The position numbers and the translations under genes are program-made. The notes beneath the pieces are model-generated. The model worked only from the letters and a program-made list of their open reading frames with translations, was not told the origin of the DNA and searched no databases. A stretch of DNA of 44,021 nt, taken from Escherichia phage BEK2-2. The stretch lies in sequence record MN158213.1, one strand, 5' to 3'. Positions 10,201 through 18,503 of this stretch are shown in pieces; positions within the stretch are counted from its first letter, which is position 1, and every line of letters begins with the position of its first letter.

Positions 10201-10462
10201 TTTTACACTCCACGATTTCGAATTTATCTTCGCGTTGCCATCTGTGAACGAAAGTCACAAATTTCAGCGATGGGGCTACCCGGTATTGTTTTTCGCCAAA
10301 TCTATTTTCACGCACCGCGTTTAGGTTAACAGGGTAGCTATCGTTTACAGGGAATGTTTTAACAACATATTGGCCTACGCAATCGATAGCCTTGTAGTTG
10401 CCGTCTGGCGATGCGGAGCAACCGGATAAAAGAACCGCACAAATCATAATTAAAGTTTTCAT
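10193..10462 (-). CDS. Small lipoprotein (signal peptide plus lipobox LSGC); candidate superinfection-exclusion protein
   Basis: MKTLIMICAVLLSGCSAS N-terminus with strong AGGAG site; reverse-oriented between J and tail fibre genes, as for cor/llp-type genes. Confidence 0.6.
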   Translation of the reverse strand: MKTLIMICAVLLSGCSASPDGNYKAIDCVGQYVVKTFPVNDSYPVNLNAVRENRFGEKQYRVAPSLKFVTFVHRWQREDKFEIVECKSE

Positions 10463-10542
10463 GGTATCATCTCCTATATTTGGTTGAGTTTTAGTATTAC
10501 ACCGCTCGATCAAGAATGCAACCAATTTACGAGGATTTAGCT

Positions 10543-12480
10543 ATGGCGGCGGGAACATTATCCGTAACGAATAACAGCAAGGCAGTTGCAGGGGTTGACA
10601 CGACGTTTACCGCGTTCAAGGCTGGCGACTTCTTAACTCTGGTGGTGGGTCAAGTCCCCTACACCGTGGCAATCGCATCCATCGAGAGCGACACCGCGCT
10701 TACTCTGGTGTTGCCGTTCGACGGCCCAACGGCAACCGGCCTTGCATGGGATGGCGTTGCGCGCGATACCATGTCGCTGGCGACGATGGGCATAACAGTC
10801 CAGGCACAGAAAGCGTTGCGCTTGATGATCGCAGATGAAAACAACTGGCGTGCAATCTTCGGCGACGCTGAAGAAATCACAGTGACGTTACCTAACGGGC
10901 AAGTTATGCAGGGCATGTCGTGGGGCTATTTGTCCTCCTTGCTGAAGGAAGTAGACCCCGTTGAGATGCGCAACCTTCAACAACAGGCCGAGACGGCGAA
11001 AAACCAAGCTGTTACCGCTAAGGGGCAGGCAGAATCGGCGCGCGACGCAGCTAATACGGCGAAGACTGGGGCGGAGACGGCACGCGACCAGGCTAACAAT
11101 GCGAAGACCGACGCGCAGACCGCAAAAGGCCAGGCCGAATCCGCGCGCGACGCCGCTAATACTGCGAAGACCGGAGCAGAGAACGCCCGCAACCAGGCGC
11201 AAGGCTACCGTGATGAGGCGGAAGGTTTTAAAAACCAGATTAACCCTGCACTATTCGTGCAGAAGTCCCAAAACCTGAATGACGTTGCCGATAAAGCTGA
11301 GGCGCGCGCTAACTTGCAAGTTTTATTTGCGTCAAACTCTAACCTGGGGGATACCGACCTCAACACGCTCAACAGCACGAAGGAAGGGCGTTACTACCAG
11401 ACCACATCGGTGGACGCTACACCAGAGCGTAACTACCCGTTTCAGGAAGCCGGTTGTCTTACCGTGTTTAAAACCGGCGGGGGGAGTGTCGAGGCGTGCG
11501 TCCAGGAGTACACCACGTTTTCAAGCCTGCGTCGGTTCGTCCGTTCGCTTGCTGGGGCGGTATGGACGGCGTGGAGGGAGATCTACCTGCAAGGGTCGTC
11601 CCCAACATACGAAAATATCGACTCGACAGGACGAGTTAGATCTGAAAAGGCATACCCCTCGTTCGAGTGGGTGTCGACGAGAGTAGCCGACGATTTCATC
11701 GGTAAGCGAGTCAGCATTGAGAACGACACAGGCGTTAATATGTTTATGTTCTTCATGCAGAAAGACACAACCGCAAACAGACGTGTCGTAGCGTTCGCAA
11801 GGCCAAACTCTACTGTTTTCCACTTCGTAGGATATAACGGCGGGCTACCTACCGACGGCGACAGTGCGCCGTCAAATAACATCAACTTTAACACGCAACC
11901 GCAAGGCTGGCGTCTGGTGGCCAGCCGCTGGCAAAATGCACCGCTAGCCGGTGACAATTACGGGACACTATTCACGCAATGTATGCAGGGTGTCGCGAAA
12001 GGGGATTCGAAAGACAACGGTACATTTGGCTTGTGGTATTCACAGCGATATTTTAATACCGATTCTAGGGTGTTCATCCGACATCAAACAAACAACTCCG
12101 CCTGGGCTGGCTGGTACGAGCTTACTAAAACAGCAGTATCGGATGAACGCCTGAAGAATGTAAAAGGTAATTTGAATGTTGAAGGTGCGCTCGATAACAT
12201 CAACCGCATGGAATTTAAAGTATTCTCGTTTAAGGATGAGAAGGCCGGTAAGGGGTATCGTCGCGGTGTTATCTCGCAGCAGATTCGCCAGATCGATAAA
12301 GAGTACACGAAGGAGATCGGCGGGTACTATCACCTCGACCAGACACCAATGCTACTGGACGCCCTAGCGGCAATTAAGGCGTTGCGTGCGCGTGACGAGG
12401 CGAACAAGGCCGAGATTGCAGAACTGAAAGCTGCCGTAGCGGAGTTGAAAGCCGCGGTCGCGGCACTGACTAAAGCATAA
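10543..12480 (+). CDS. Tail fibre with C-terminal intramolecular chaperone (peptidase S74-like) domain
   Basis: Internal helical repeats (AKTGAETARDQA.. twice, encoded by a tandem DNA repeat about 10980-11200); C-terminal SDERLKNVKG motif followed by coiled coil. Start moved to the ATG at 10543 with GAGGA site (ORF track begins at 10516). Confidence 0.72.
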   Translation: MAAGTLSVTNNSKAVAGVDTTFTAFKAGDFLTLVVGQVPYTVAIASIESDTALTLVLPFDGPTATGLAWDGVARDTMSLATMGITVQAQKALRLMIADENNWRAIFGDAEEITVTLPNGQVMQGMSWGYLSSLLKEVDPVEMRNLQQQAETAKNQAVTAKGQAESARDAANTAKTGAETARDQANNAKTDAQTAKGQAESARDAANTAKTGAENARNQAQGYRDEAEGFKNQINPALFVQKSQNLNDVADKAEARANLQVLFASNSNLGDTDLNTLNSTKEGRYYQTTSVDATPERNYPFQEAGCLTVFKTGGGSVEACVQEYTTFSSLRRFVRSLAGAVWTAWREIYLQGSSPTYENIDSTGRVRSEKAYPSFEWVSTRVADDFIGKRVSIENDTGVNMFMFFMQKDTTANRRVVAFARPNSTVFHFVGYNGGLPTDGDSAPSNNINFNTQPQGWRLVASRWQNAPLAGDNYGTLFTQCMQGVAKGDSKDNGTFGLWYSQRYFNTDSRVFIRHQTNNSAWAGWYELTKTAVSDERLKNVKGNLNVEGALDNINRMEFKVFSFKDEKAGKGYRRGVISQQIRQIDKEYTKEIGGYYHLDQTPMLLDALAAIKALRARDEANKAEIAELKAAVAELKAAVAALTKA

Positions 12481-12484
12481 CGAG

Positions 12485-12510
12485 AAGGGGCCACACGGCC
12501 CCTTTTTTAG
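12485..12510. terminator. Intrinsic terminator between the convergent tail fibre gene and leftward operon
   Basis: GC hairpin aaggggccacacggcccc followed by a T-run; sits between convergent genes. Confidence 0.6.
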
Positions 12511-13082
12511 TTTGAGTTTTCCCAGTCCATTTTGCGCCGCACCAGCGGGCTTTCGTAATATTCCTTGCCCTCAACTTCCACTAATGGCCAGTCATTAACA
12601 ATCACGTACGGTTCCGCGAAATCTTCAATAACGCCGTGCGCGCTTTGCGGCCCTAACGACACACCCACCAGGATAACACCGGCAACTCGACGGGTGAGAT
12701 ATTCGCGAGCGCAACGGGCCTCCACCAGTCCGCGACGAATGCCGCTGGTGGCTTTAACCTCGTAGGTCCATACGGCATCGATCACATGCTCGCGGAAGTC
12801 GGGACCGGACTTCACCTTGCGCTTGCCGACCATGATGATATCGCCGCGGTCAATGGTGTTGGCGCTAAACAGGCCGGTACGCATAAGCAAGCCTTGCGGT
12901 ATACAACTGCGCCCGCCTGCTTGCCCTTCAAGGTACATGCCTGCAAACATTTCGCCCAGCACACCGACAAGACGGCTTTGCTTGCACGCGTCAGACTTGT
13001 ATCGCCACTGGTCAAACTCGATGCTTGCAATCATTGCCGCCAGGTGGAATTGTTTACCGGTTATTTCATATTCGCCGTACAT
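12507..13082 (-). CDS. Hypothetical protein, possible PD-(D/E)XK-like nuclease fold
   Basis: ATG with GAGGG site; D...EVK arrangement (GDIIMV ... TYEVK). Weak, motif-level only. Confidence 0.45.
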   Translation of the reverse strand: MYGEYEITGKQFHLAAMIASIEFDQWRYKSDACKQSRLVGVLGEMFAGMYLEGQAGGRSCIPQGLLMRTGLFSANTIDRGDIIMVGKRKVKSGPDFREHVIDAVWTYEVKATSGIRRGLVEARCAREYLTRRVAGVILVGVSLGPQSAHGVIEDFAEPYVIVNDWPLVEVEGKEYYESPLVRRKMDWENSN

Positions 13083-13124
13083 TGTGAATCCCTCATTGAT
13101 GCGGGCCGAAGCCCGCGATTAGAA

Positions 13125-13646
13125 TTATTTCAGTGCACCAGTCACCAGTGTTTTTTCCATGTTGCGGAAGTCTTCCGGCGTCATGAGGATTTTGGATCCG
13201 TCTTCGCCGGTGAGCACGACCATAGGATGGACGTCCTGGGCTACGACGCCGAAATTGGCGGCTTTGACAGTCTTGCCCGCAGATGCCGAAGGATGCCACG
13301 CCCCAGCGGTGGCGATGGGACAACCTTTAAGGCTGTCGTATTGCGCTGCCGTTGTATCGATCTGAATCTCGTCATGCACGGTCATGTAAGACTCGCCCAG
13401 CAGGGCGGCATACGCTACCAGGTCGACGATATTGTCTTCCTGGTGCTTACGGTGCTGGCGCACCAGCTTCAGGCAGATCAAGAAGGTCCAGGCTTCTTGC
13501 TCGGTAAGGTCGCGACCGGTAAGCGCGTTAAACACGGCAGCGATCTGCTTAGCACTACGCTCCTCTTTCGCGTTGTCATAGCCGTTTTCTTTCCCGCGCT
13601 GTTCCATAGTGGTGGCGGCGTTTTTGCAGTATTCGTATGCTTTCAC
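13125..13646 (-). CDS. Hypothetical protein
   Basis: 173 aa ORF in the leftward operon; no confident family. Confidence 0.45.
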   Translation of the reverse strand: MKAYEYCKNAATTMEQRGKENGYDNAKEERSAKQIAAVFNALTGRDLTEQEAWTFLICLKLVRQHRKHQEDNIVDLVAYAALLGESYMTVHDEIQIDTTAAQYDSLKGCPIATAGAWHPSASAGKTVKAANFGVVAQDVHPMVVLTGEDGSKILMTPEDFRNMEKTLVTGALK

Positions 13647-13700
13647 AGTATTACCCTTTTAGCGAGGGGGCTGTATTGCCCCCGACACGTTTACTATAGT

Positions 13701-13722
13701 GCAACCAACCTATTGGTTGCAA
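13701..13722. promoter_or_regulatory. Perfect palindrome TGCAACCAA-N4-TTGGTTGCA (operator-like)
   Basis: Read directly; member of the recurrent TGCAACCAAT motif family. Confidence 0.5.
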
Positions 13723-14180
13723 GTGAATTTTGCAACGTTTATCGCATAAATTTTCGGGACCAGATCGCCACACGCCCGACGAATTGCCGCGATGTTCTTC
13801 GGGCAGTCTTCAATGATGACCAGTTCCGACACGTCCGCATAGCAGACCATTTTGAACACGGCGCACGCCTTAAACTCTGGCGGCGGGGTGTCGTCCAGCA
13901 TGTGGCGCATAAACAACCGACCCACGGGGAAGACCTCCAATTGCTCGGCTGTGGTTTCCCAACATTCGCGCTGCCGGTTGGTCAGATACGCTATCTTGAA
14001 GCCTTGCTCTTCATACATGCGCAGCAGCGGCAGCATATCCATGTTAAGTTCTTCGCGTACGTGCGCTTTGTGCCACTTCGCCCAAAAAGTGGATTTGGTT
14101 TTTATGCCGGGGACAAGGTCGGCACGCGCATCGCTTGATCCGTTAATAACGCCATCCAGATCACAAATCAGTAGTTTCAT
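13710..14180 (-). CDS. HAD-superfamily phosphatase / nucleotidase-like protein
   Basis: N-terminal motif I LLICDLDGVI (DxDG) typical of HAD phosphatases. Confidence 0.6.
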   Translation of the reverse strand: MKLLICDLDGVINGSSDARADLVPGIKTKSTFWAKWHKAHVREELNMDMLPLLRMYEEQGFKIAYLTNRQRECWETTAEQLEVFPVGRLFMRHMLDDTPPPEFKACAVFKMVCYADVSELVIIEDCPKNIAAIRRACGDLVPKIYAINVAKFTCNQ

Positions 14181-14401
14181 TTTAAGCTCTCAATAAGGGT
14201 GTTTCGGGCGCTGCGCGCGGTGAAGGAGTTACACACAAAATGGCAACGCTTGGTTATGATAAGCCATCCGGTAAGGTCCAGGCCCAGAAGGTATTCAGGC
14301 CGCGACACGCGACGCACACGATCGCGGCGTGGGTCGATGCAGAAGTCTTTCTGCATTTGGTCTACTACCGCGGGGTCGCGGTCAACGATTAAGATATTCA
14401 A
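14177..14401 (-). CDS. Hypothetical small protein
   Basis: ORF fills the gap between the Dam and HAD genes with small overlaps; no motif. Confidence 0.3.
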   Translation of the reverse strand: MNILIVDRDPAVVDQMQKDFCIDPRRDRVRRVSRPEYLLGLDLTGWLIITKRCHFVCNSFTARSARNTLIESLK

Positions 14402-14867
14402 GGAGTTCTCCTTCGCTCATTATTTCAATTTGTGCGCTGCCGATTGGTGGCGCTTCGTCAAATATTATCAATTGCTGGCATTTGTTATTGCTCGGCCCGA
14501 CTTCACCGGTGACGGCGTGAATGAATCTAATCCGCCAGTCCAGAAGAATTATCAGGTTTGCAGTCTTCCGGGCCAACTTCGCCCACTTCGTCGACGTGTC
14601 CTGATTCAGTAGCATGACAGTCCGTCGTCCGTGCGCAGCGCACTCTACCCACGGCAGCGGATCGGAATACGGTGGATTGCACCACTTCCACCCTTTCAAC
14701 TCCGCCCAGTCAACATCAAGCGCGCTGTGTTCCGCCGTGAAGTAACGCGGGAGCAGGTGGTTGGCATCGCTTGCAGCCATATCGTAACGGAATCGGTACT
14801 TCCGACGAAGCGGTTTAAATAAAGCTGGCGGCGTGCGCCAGCTATCTTTTTGCTCACTCTTCTGCAT
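14382..14867 (-). CDS. dam: Phage-type DNA N6-adenine methyltransferase (Dam family)
   Basis: N-terminal DSWRTPPALF and catalytic NPPY (WCNPPYS) motifs. Confidence 0.85.
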   Translation of the reverse strand: MQKSEQKDSWRTPPALFKPLRRKYRFRYDMAASDANHLLPRYFTAEHSALDVDWAELKGWKWCNPPYSDPLPWVECAAHGRRTVMLLNQDTSTKWAKLARKTANLIILLDWRIRFIHAVTGEVGPSNNKCQQLIIFDEAPPIGSAQIEIMSEGELLEYLNR

Positions 14868-14965
14868 GGTCGGTGTCTATCGCATAAAGTGGAGTCTTAC
14901 CTCCTTTATTGATGCCGCGCTGCACGCGCTTTGCTTCTTCGACACTAAGCGGACGCACGTACGCC

Positions 14966-15226
14966 TCAGCGCGCTTGCAATGCTCGCGCAGACCTTCGGC
15001 AGTGATGCGGTTTAGTGCAACGCTGGTTGTATAATCCGGTGCGCTGCATAATCCCCATCAATTCGAAAAGCAGTTCGAAGCGCTCCTCTAATTCCTTGCG
15101 CATCTTCTCCTCGCCTTCATAGCTTGCCAGGTAGGTATCAGCCAGCGCGTTCGCCCGTTCGGCTTGCTCTCGGGCTTCGAGGCATTGCGCGGCCCAGTAA
15201 TTTTTCTCTTCTTGTAAAATTTTCAT
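14966..15226 (-). CDS. Hypothetical coiled-coil protein
   Basis: Glu/Arg-rich helical ORF; true C-terminus uncertain. Confidence 0.35.
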   Translation of the reverse strand: MKILQEEKNYWAAQCLEAREQAERANALADTYLASYEGEEKMRKELEERFELLFELMGIMQRTGLYNQRCTKPHHCRRSARALQAR

Positions 15227-15307
15227 CGTGTTGTCTCCGGGTATTAAAAAGGGCGTCCAAACCGGACACCCTCAATATAATGCAACCAATCTAATTATGC
15301 AACCAAT

Positions 15308-15631
15308 TTACGAATAAAAATTTGGGTCGCGTGCAACGTCTACCAGATACAGATTGCTGATTCGGTTGCCGTAGTGGCCTGGTGTTCGCTGGCGGCACAC
15401 AACGGCGTAGCCTGGAGGAATTGTATTGCCGGTCGCGATAATCCACGCCACGCGTGCGCCAGACAGCGTCTTTCCGTTGCATTCGATACGTGTTCCGCCG
15501 TCGGCAGTATTGATGTTGCCAATCTTGCAGCCGGTGGACTTCAGACGAATGACGCCGGTTTTGCTGTCGTAGGAGAATAACTGGTTAGTCATTGCGACCG
15601 AAAAGTCGATGGCTTCGAATGTCGTATTCAT
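15308..15631 (-). CDS. HNH_3-like domain protein with substituted catalytic residues
   Basis: ARVAWIIATGNTIPPGYAVVCRQRTPGHYGNRISNLYLV resembles the HNH_3 core, but the usual D-H is replaced by C-R. Confidence 0.45.
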   Translation of the reverse strand: MNTTFEAIDFSVAMTNQLFSYDSKTGVIRLKSTGCKIGNINTADGGTRIECNGKTLSGARVAWIIATGNTIPPGYAVVCRQRTPGHYGNRISNLYLVDVARDPNFYS

Positions 15632-16323
15632 TTTAAATTTTCCTCGTTAACCGCTATCGCGAAGCCGCGCGGAGTGAGCGACCGGATTAATTTTGTGCGG
15701 GCTGATTTGCCTCCGAGGCGACTATACTGCTTCGAGTACCCTTTTTCAACGAAAACGGGTTTCTTCTCTGGCATACGGAAGCCGTTGCCGGTCCATAAGC
15801 AGGTCAGCTTCGGATATGAATCGCGGGCGTTGATGTATTCCGGGAAGAGCGGGTGTACGTCATCCTCCGGCAGATATCCCCCATACTCCCACGGGTCGAA
15901 TGAGTGATCCGGTTTGCGCCACTGGGTGGATAGCACACTGCGCGGATTCTCAATCATATATGGCACTTCGAAGAAGTCACCCAGGTAAGCGGCGATCTTC
16001 GCGGTGCGCACCGCCTTAAGCTGAAAGGCTGGGTCTTTTGCACGCTTGCGCGGGAAAGCTGGCGCACCGCTCACTGCCAGATCCGTGCACGGAGGAAACG
16101 CATAGATGATATCTGGCGTACCGAAATCGCCATTCATCGCACGGTCTACAAAGTCCGGATCGATAAACTCATTGCGATAGCGGATTCCGCGACCATAAAT
16201 CCGGTAGTCAAGGTATGACCCGTGATCAGCTTCGGAGTAGTTGAAGCAATAACACTTATGCCCCATCTCGGCAGCACGCTCAATCATCAAGCCGCTGCCG
16301 TCAAACAATGACCAGATTATCAT
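15628..16323 (-). CDS. Short DNA cytosine-5 methyltransferase-like protein
   Basis: Motif I-like LFDGSG, motif IV-like FPPCTDLAVSG (catalytic Cys), motif VI-like IENP; only 231 aa, so the target-recognition region must be minimal. Confidence 0.5.
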   Translation of the reverse strand: MIIWSLFDGSGLMIERAAEMGHKCYCFNYSEADHGSYLDYRIYGRGIRYRNEFIDPDFVDRAMNGDFGTPDIIYAFPPCTDLAVSGAPAFPRKRAKDPAFQLKAVRTAKIAAYLGDFFEVPYMIENPRSVLSTQWRKPDHSFDPWEYGGYLPEDDVHPLFPEYINARDSYPKLTCLWTGNGFRMPEKKPVFVEKGYSKQYSRLGGKSARTKLIRSLTPRGFAIAVNEENLK

Positions 16324-17744
16324 TTGCGCGCCTTTTTAGCTTTCATGTATTCCATCAAGTCGTCCTGAATATCTCGCTTGCTGTCGCGACGCTCGGCGAC
16401 CAATTCGTCCAGTGTCCCGCGCGCCTGGATAATGTAGACGAATACCGGACGGGGGTGTCCTGCCTGCATCTGGCGAACCGGCCCGATACGCTCAACGATC
16501 TGCGAAAAGTGCTCAAAGTTCCAGGTATCGGAGAAGATTGCCAGGTGATGTCCGCCGTCCTGCAAGTTAAGGCCGTGGCCTGCCGATGCCGGGTGTGCAA
16601 ACATGATGGGGATCTCGCCCCTGTTCCACGCTTCCATATCCTTATTGCCCTGCTTACCCTCACCCAACGCGACGCCGTGCGGAAATTTCTTCTTAAGACG
16701 TGCCAGGTCATGCTTATACTGATACGCAACGAGCAACGGCGCGCCGTTCAACTCCTCCACGATACTTTCCAGTGCGTCCAGCTTCGCGTCGTGAATCTTC
16801 ACCCACTCGTCGGTCCGTTCGCCGTCTTCGTCCACCTTATACACAGCGCCGGAAGCAAGCTGAAGGCACTTAATTGTCTTCGATGCCGCGTTCGCCGCTT
16901 CCACTGTTCCGCTTTCCAGTTCGGCAAATAGCTCGCTTTCAAACTGGTCGTAAATCTTGCGGGCTTTCTTCGGCAGGTCCACAACAACCGGCGTATAGAT
17001 TGGCTTGTCGCACCCGAAGTATTCAGCCGCGTCAACGGTGAGGGATACATCTGACAGACGTTGTTGTATCTCTTTCTCGGAGTTCTTTAGCGGAGCGTGC
17101 TGCATAGTGAAGCTGCCCGGCTTAACAGGCTTGCTAATGAACCAGCGGTCGGTAAATGCCTTATAGCTACTGCCGAGGCGTTCGCCACCGTCGACAAACC
17201 ACGTCTGACCCCATAAGTCTTTCAGCCCGTTGGGTGCGGGTGTGCCTGTAAGGTTAATCCAGCGCTTGACGTGTTTATGTGCAATCGCTGCCAGTGCGCG
17301 GGCGCGCTTGCTCCCCTGCTTGCTACGATAGCCTTTCAGCTTAGTCGATTCATCGGCAACAACGACCGTAAAGGGCCACGCATCGCCGTAATAGTCGACC
17401 AGCCACTCAACCACATCGTAGTTAACACAAACTACGTTAGCGTCGCTCTCAAGCGCAGCGATGCGGTCCTTCTCTGGTCCGGTGCCGTCTACTACCAGCA
17501 GGGCAGGGAAGCGCCATTTTTCTTGCTCCGGGGGCCATGTACCGGACGCAACTCGCAGCGGGGCCAGCACCAGTACGCGGTCCTCCTGGTTGGACAGGAT
17601 ACCCGTCTGGAACATTTTATTCAGCGCCCACATAGTCGCGCCGGTTTTACCCGACCCCATTGTCGCCCATATATTGCATCGCTTATGCTTGAGGATGAAC
17701 GCGGTTATCAACTTCTGATATTCGCGACGTCGGAAACGTGCCAT
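16320..17744 (-). CDS. SNF2-family ATP-dependent helicase
   Basis: Walker A ATMGSGKT, DExx box VVADESTKLK, SNF2-type LTGTPAPNGLKDLW; start placed at MARFRRRE (ORF track extends to 17834). Confidence 0.8.
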   Translation of the reverse strand: MARFRRREYQKLITAFILKHKRCNIWATMGSGKTGATMWALNKMFQTGILSNQEDRVLVLAPLRVASGTWPPEQEKWRFPALLVVDGTGPEKDRIAALESDANVVCVNYDVVEWLVDYYGDAWPFTVVVADESTKLKGYRSKQGSKRARALAAIAHKHVKRWINLTGTPAPNGLKDLWGQTWFVDGGERLGSSYKAFTDRWFISKPVKPGSFTMQHAPLKNSEKEIQQRLSDVSLTVDAAEYFGCDKPIYTPVVVDLPKKARKIYDQFESELFAELESGTVEAANAASKTIKCLQLASGAVYKVDEDGERTDEWVKIHDAKLDALESIVEELNGAPLLVAYQYKHDLARLKKKFPHGVALGEGKQGNKDMEAWNRGEIPIMFAHPASAGHGLNLQDGGHHLAIFSDTWNFEHFSQIVERIGPVRQMQAGHPRPVFVYIIQARGTLDELVAERRDSKRDIQDDLMEYMKAKKARK

Positions 17745-17748
17745 ATCT

Positions 17749-17973
17749 TTATTCCGCCTTTTTCCAGACTTCGGTTTCACTGTTCCAATTCCTTTTTGTG
17801 GCGTCGTAGTTGGTGCGGTGCCCGATGTGCACACCCGTCGCCCGGAAGCTCTTAAATTTTTGCCAGCATACCGTCAACGGCAGCGGGTCATTCATGCCCG
17901 CGATAAACCATACGCGATCGCCCGGTTTACATTCGCCCAGCTTGGTGAGTCGGTAATGATCTTTCATCGTCAT
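17749..17973 (-). CDS. Hypothetical protein
   Basis: ORF between helicase and Zn-ribbon genes; start placed at MTMKDHY (ORF track extends to 17982). Confidence 0.4.
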   Translation of the reverse strand: MTMKDHYRLTKLGECKPGDRVWFIAGMNDPLPLTVCWQKFKSFRATGVHIGHRTNYDATKRNWNSETEVWKKAE

Positions 17974-18010
17974 GTCTCCCAAAAATGGCGGGACAAGCCC
18001 GCCGTATTAA

Positions 18011-18183
18011 TTATTTTTGCTCTGCGCGGTAGCGGCGCTGCCGTTCGCGCTCTTTTTTATTGCGGCACGATTTGCACTCGGCCCGATACCCGTCCGGGCT
18101 GCGTGCAGTCTTACCGGTGTATTTGTGGAACTGGGATAGCGGTTTAACGCAGCCGCAATTACTGCAACGTTTTTCTTCAATCA
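18011..18183 (-). CDS. Small zinc-ribbon protein (CxxC ... CxxC)
   Basis: MIEEKRCSNCGC...ECKSCRNKK; GAGGA site; start placed at MIEEK (ORF track extends to 18256). Confidence 0.45.
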
Positions 18184-18224
18184 TCTCTAAAATCCTCGAT
18201 ATGGCTAACCGGCACACTATACCG

Positions 18225-18503
18225 CTATGCGACCAATTCAGCAACCAATAAATCACAGTCGGCGATGTTGTCTATAACGCGAACGTCAGCGCCGCGGCGG
18301 GCCATCCGCTCATGTTCACGTACCTGGTGCGGCTTCGGTTTTCCTCCTGGGCGCTTCACTTCGACGAACACTATTTTGCCGTTGATGATGATAATCAGGT
18401 CGGGCGCACCTGCGCGCCCCTCCCAGGCCATTTTGCGGCAGAATCCGCCTACCTCTTTCACCCGTCGCATCAGGTGACTTTGAATCTTGCCTTCTGGTGT
18501 CAT
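18225..18503 (-). CDS. VRR-NUC domain nuclease
   Basis: GAPDLIIIINGKIVFVEVKRPG matches the VRR-NUC PD-(D/E)XK core; start overlaps the polymerase stop (TAATG). Confidence 0.75.
   Translation of the reverse strand: MTPEGKIQSHLMRRVKEVGGFCRKMAWEGRAGAPDLIIIINGKIVFVEVKRPGGKPKPHQVREHERMARRGADVRVIDNIADCDLLVAELVA

Noticed and set aside
10516-10542. Upstream ATG of the tail fibre ORF (MQPIYEDLA...)
   Set aside because: These codons coincide with the TGCAACCAATTTACGA regulatory motif shared with 15298-15313, and the downstream ATG at 10543 has a proper GAGGA ribosome-binding site.
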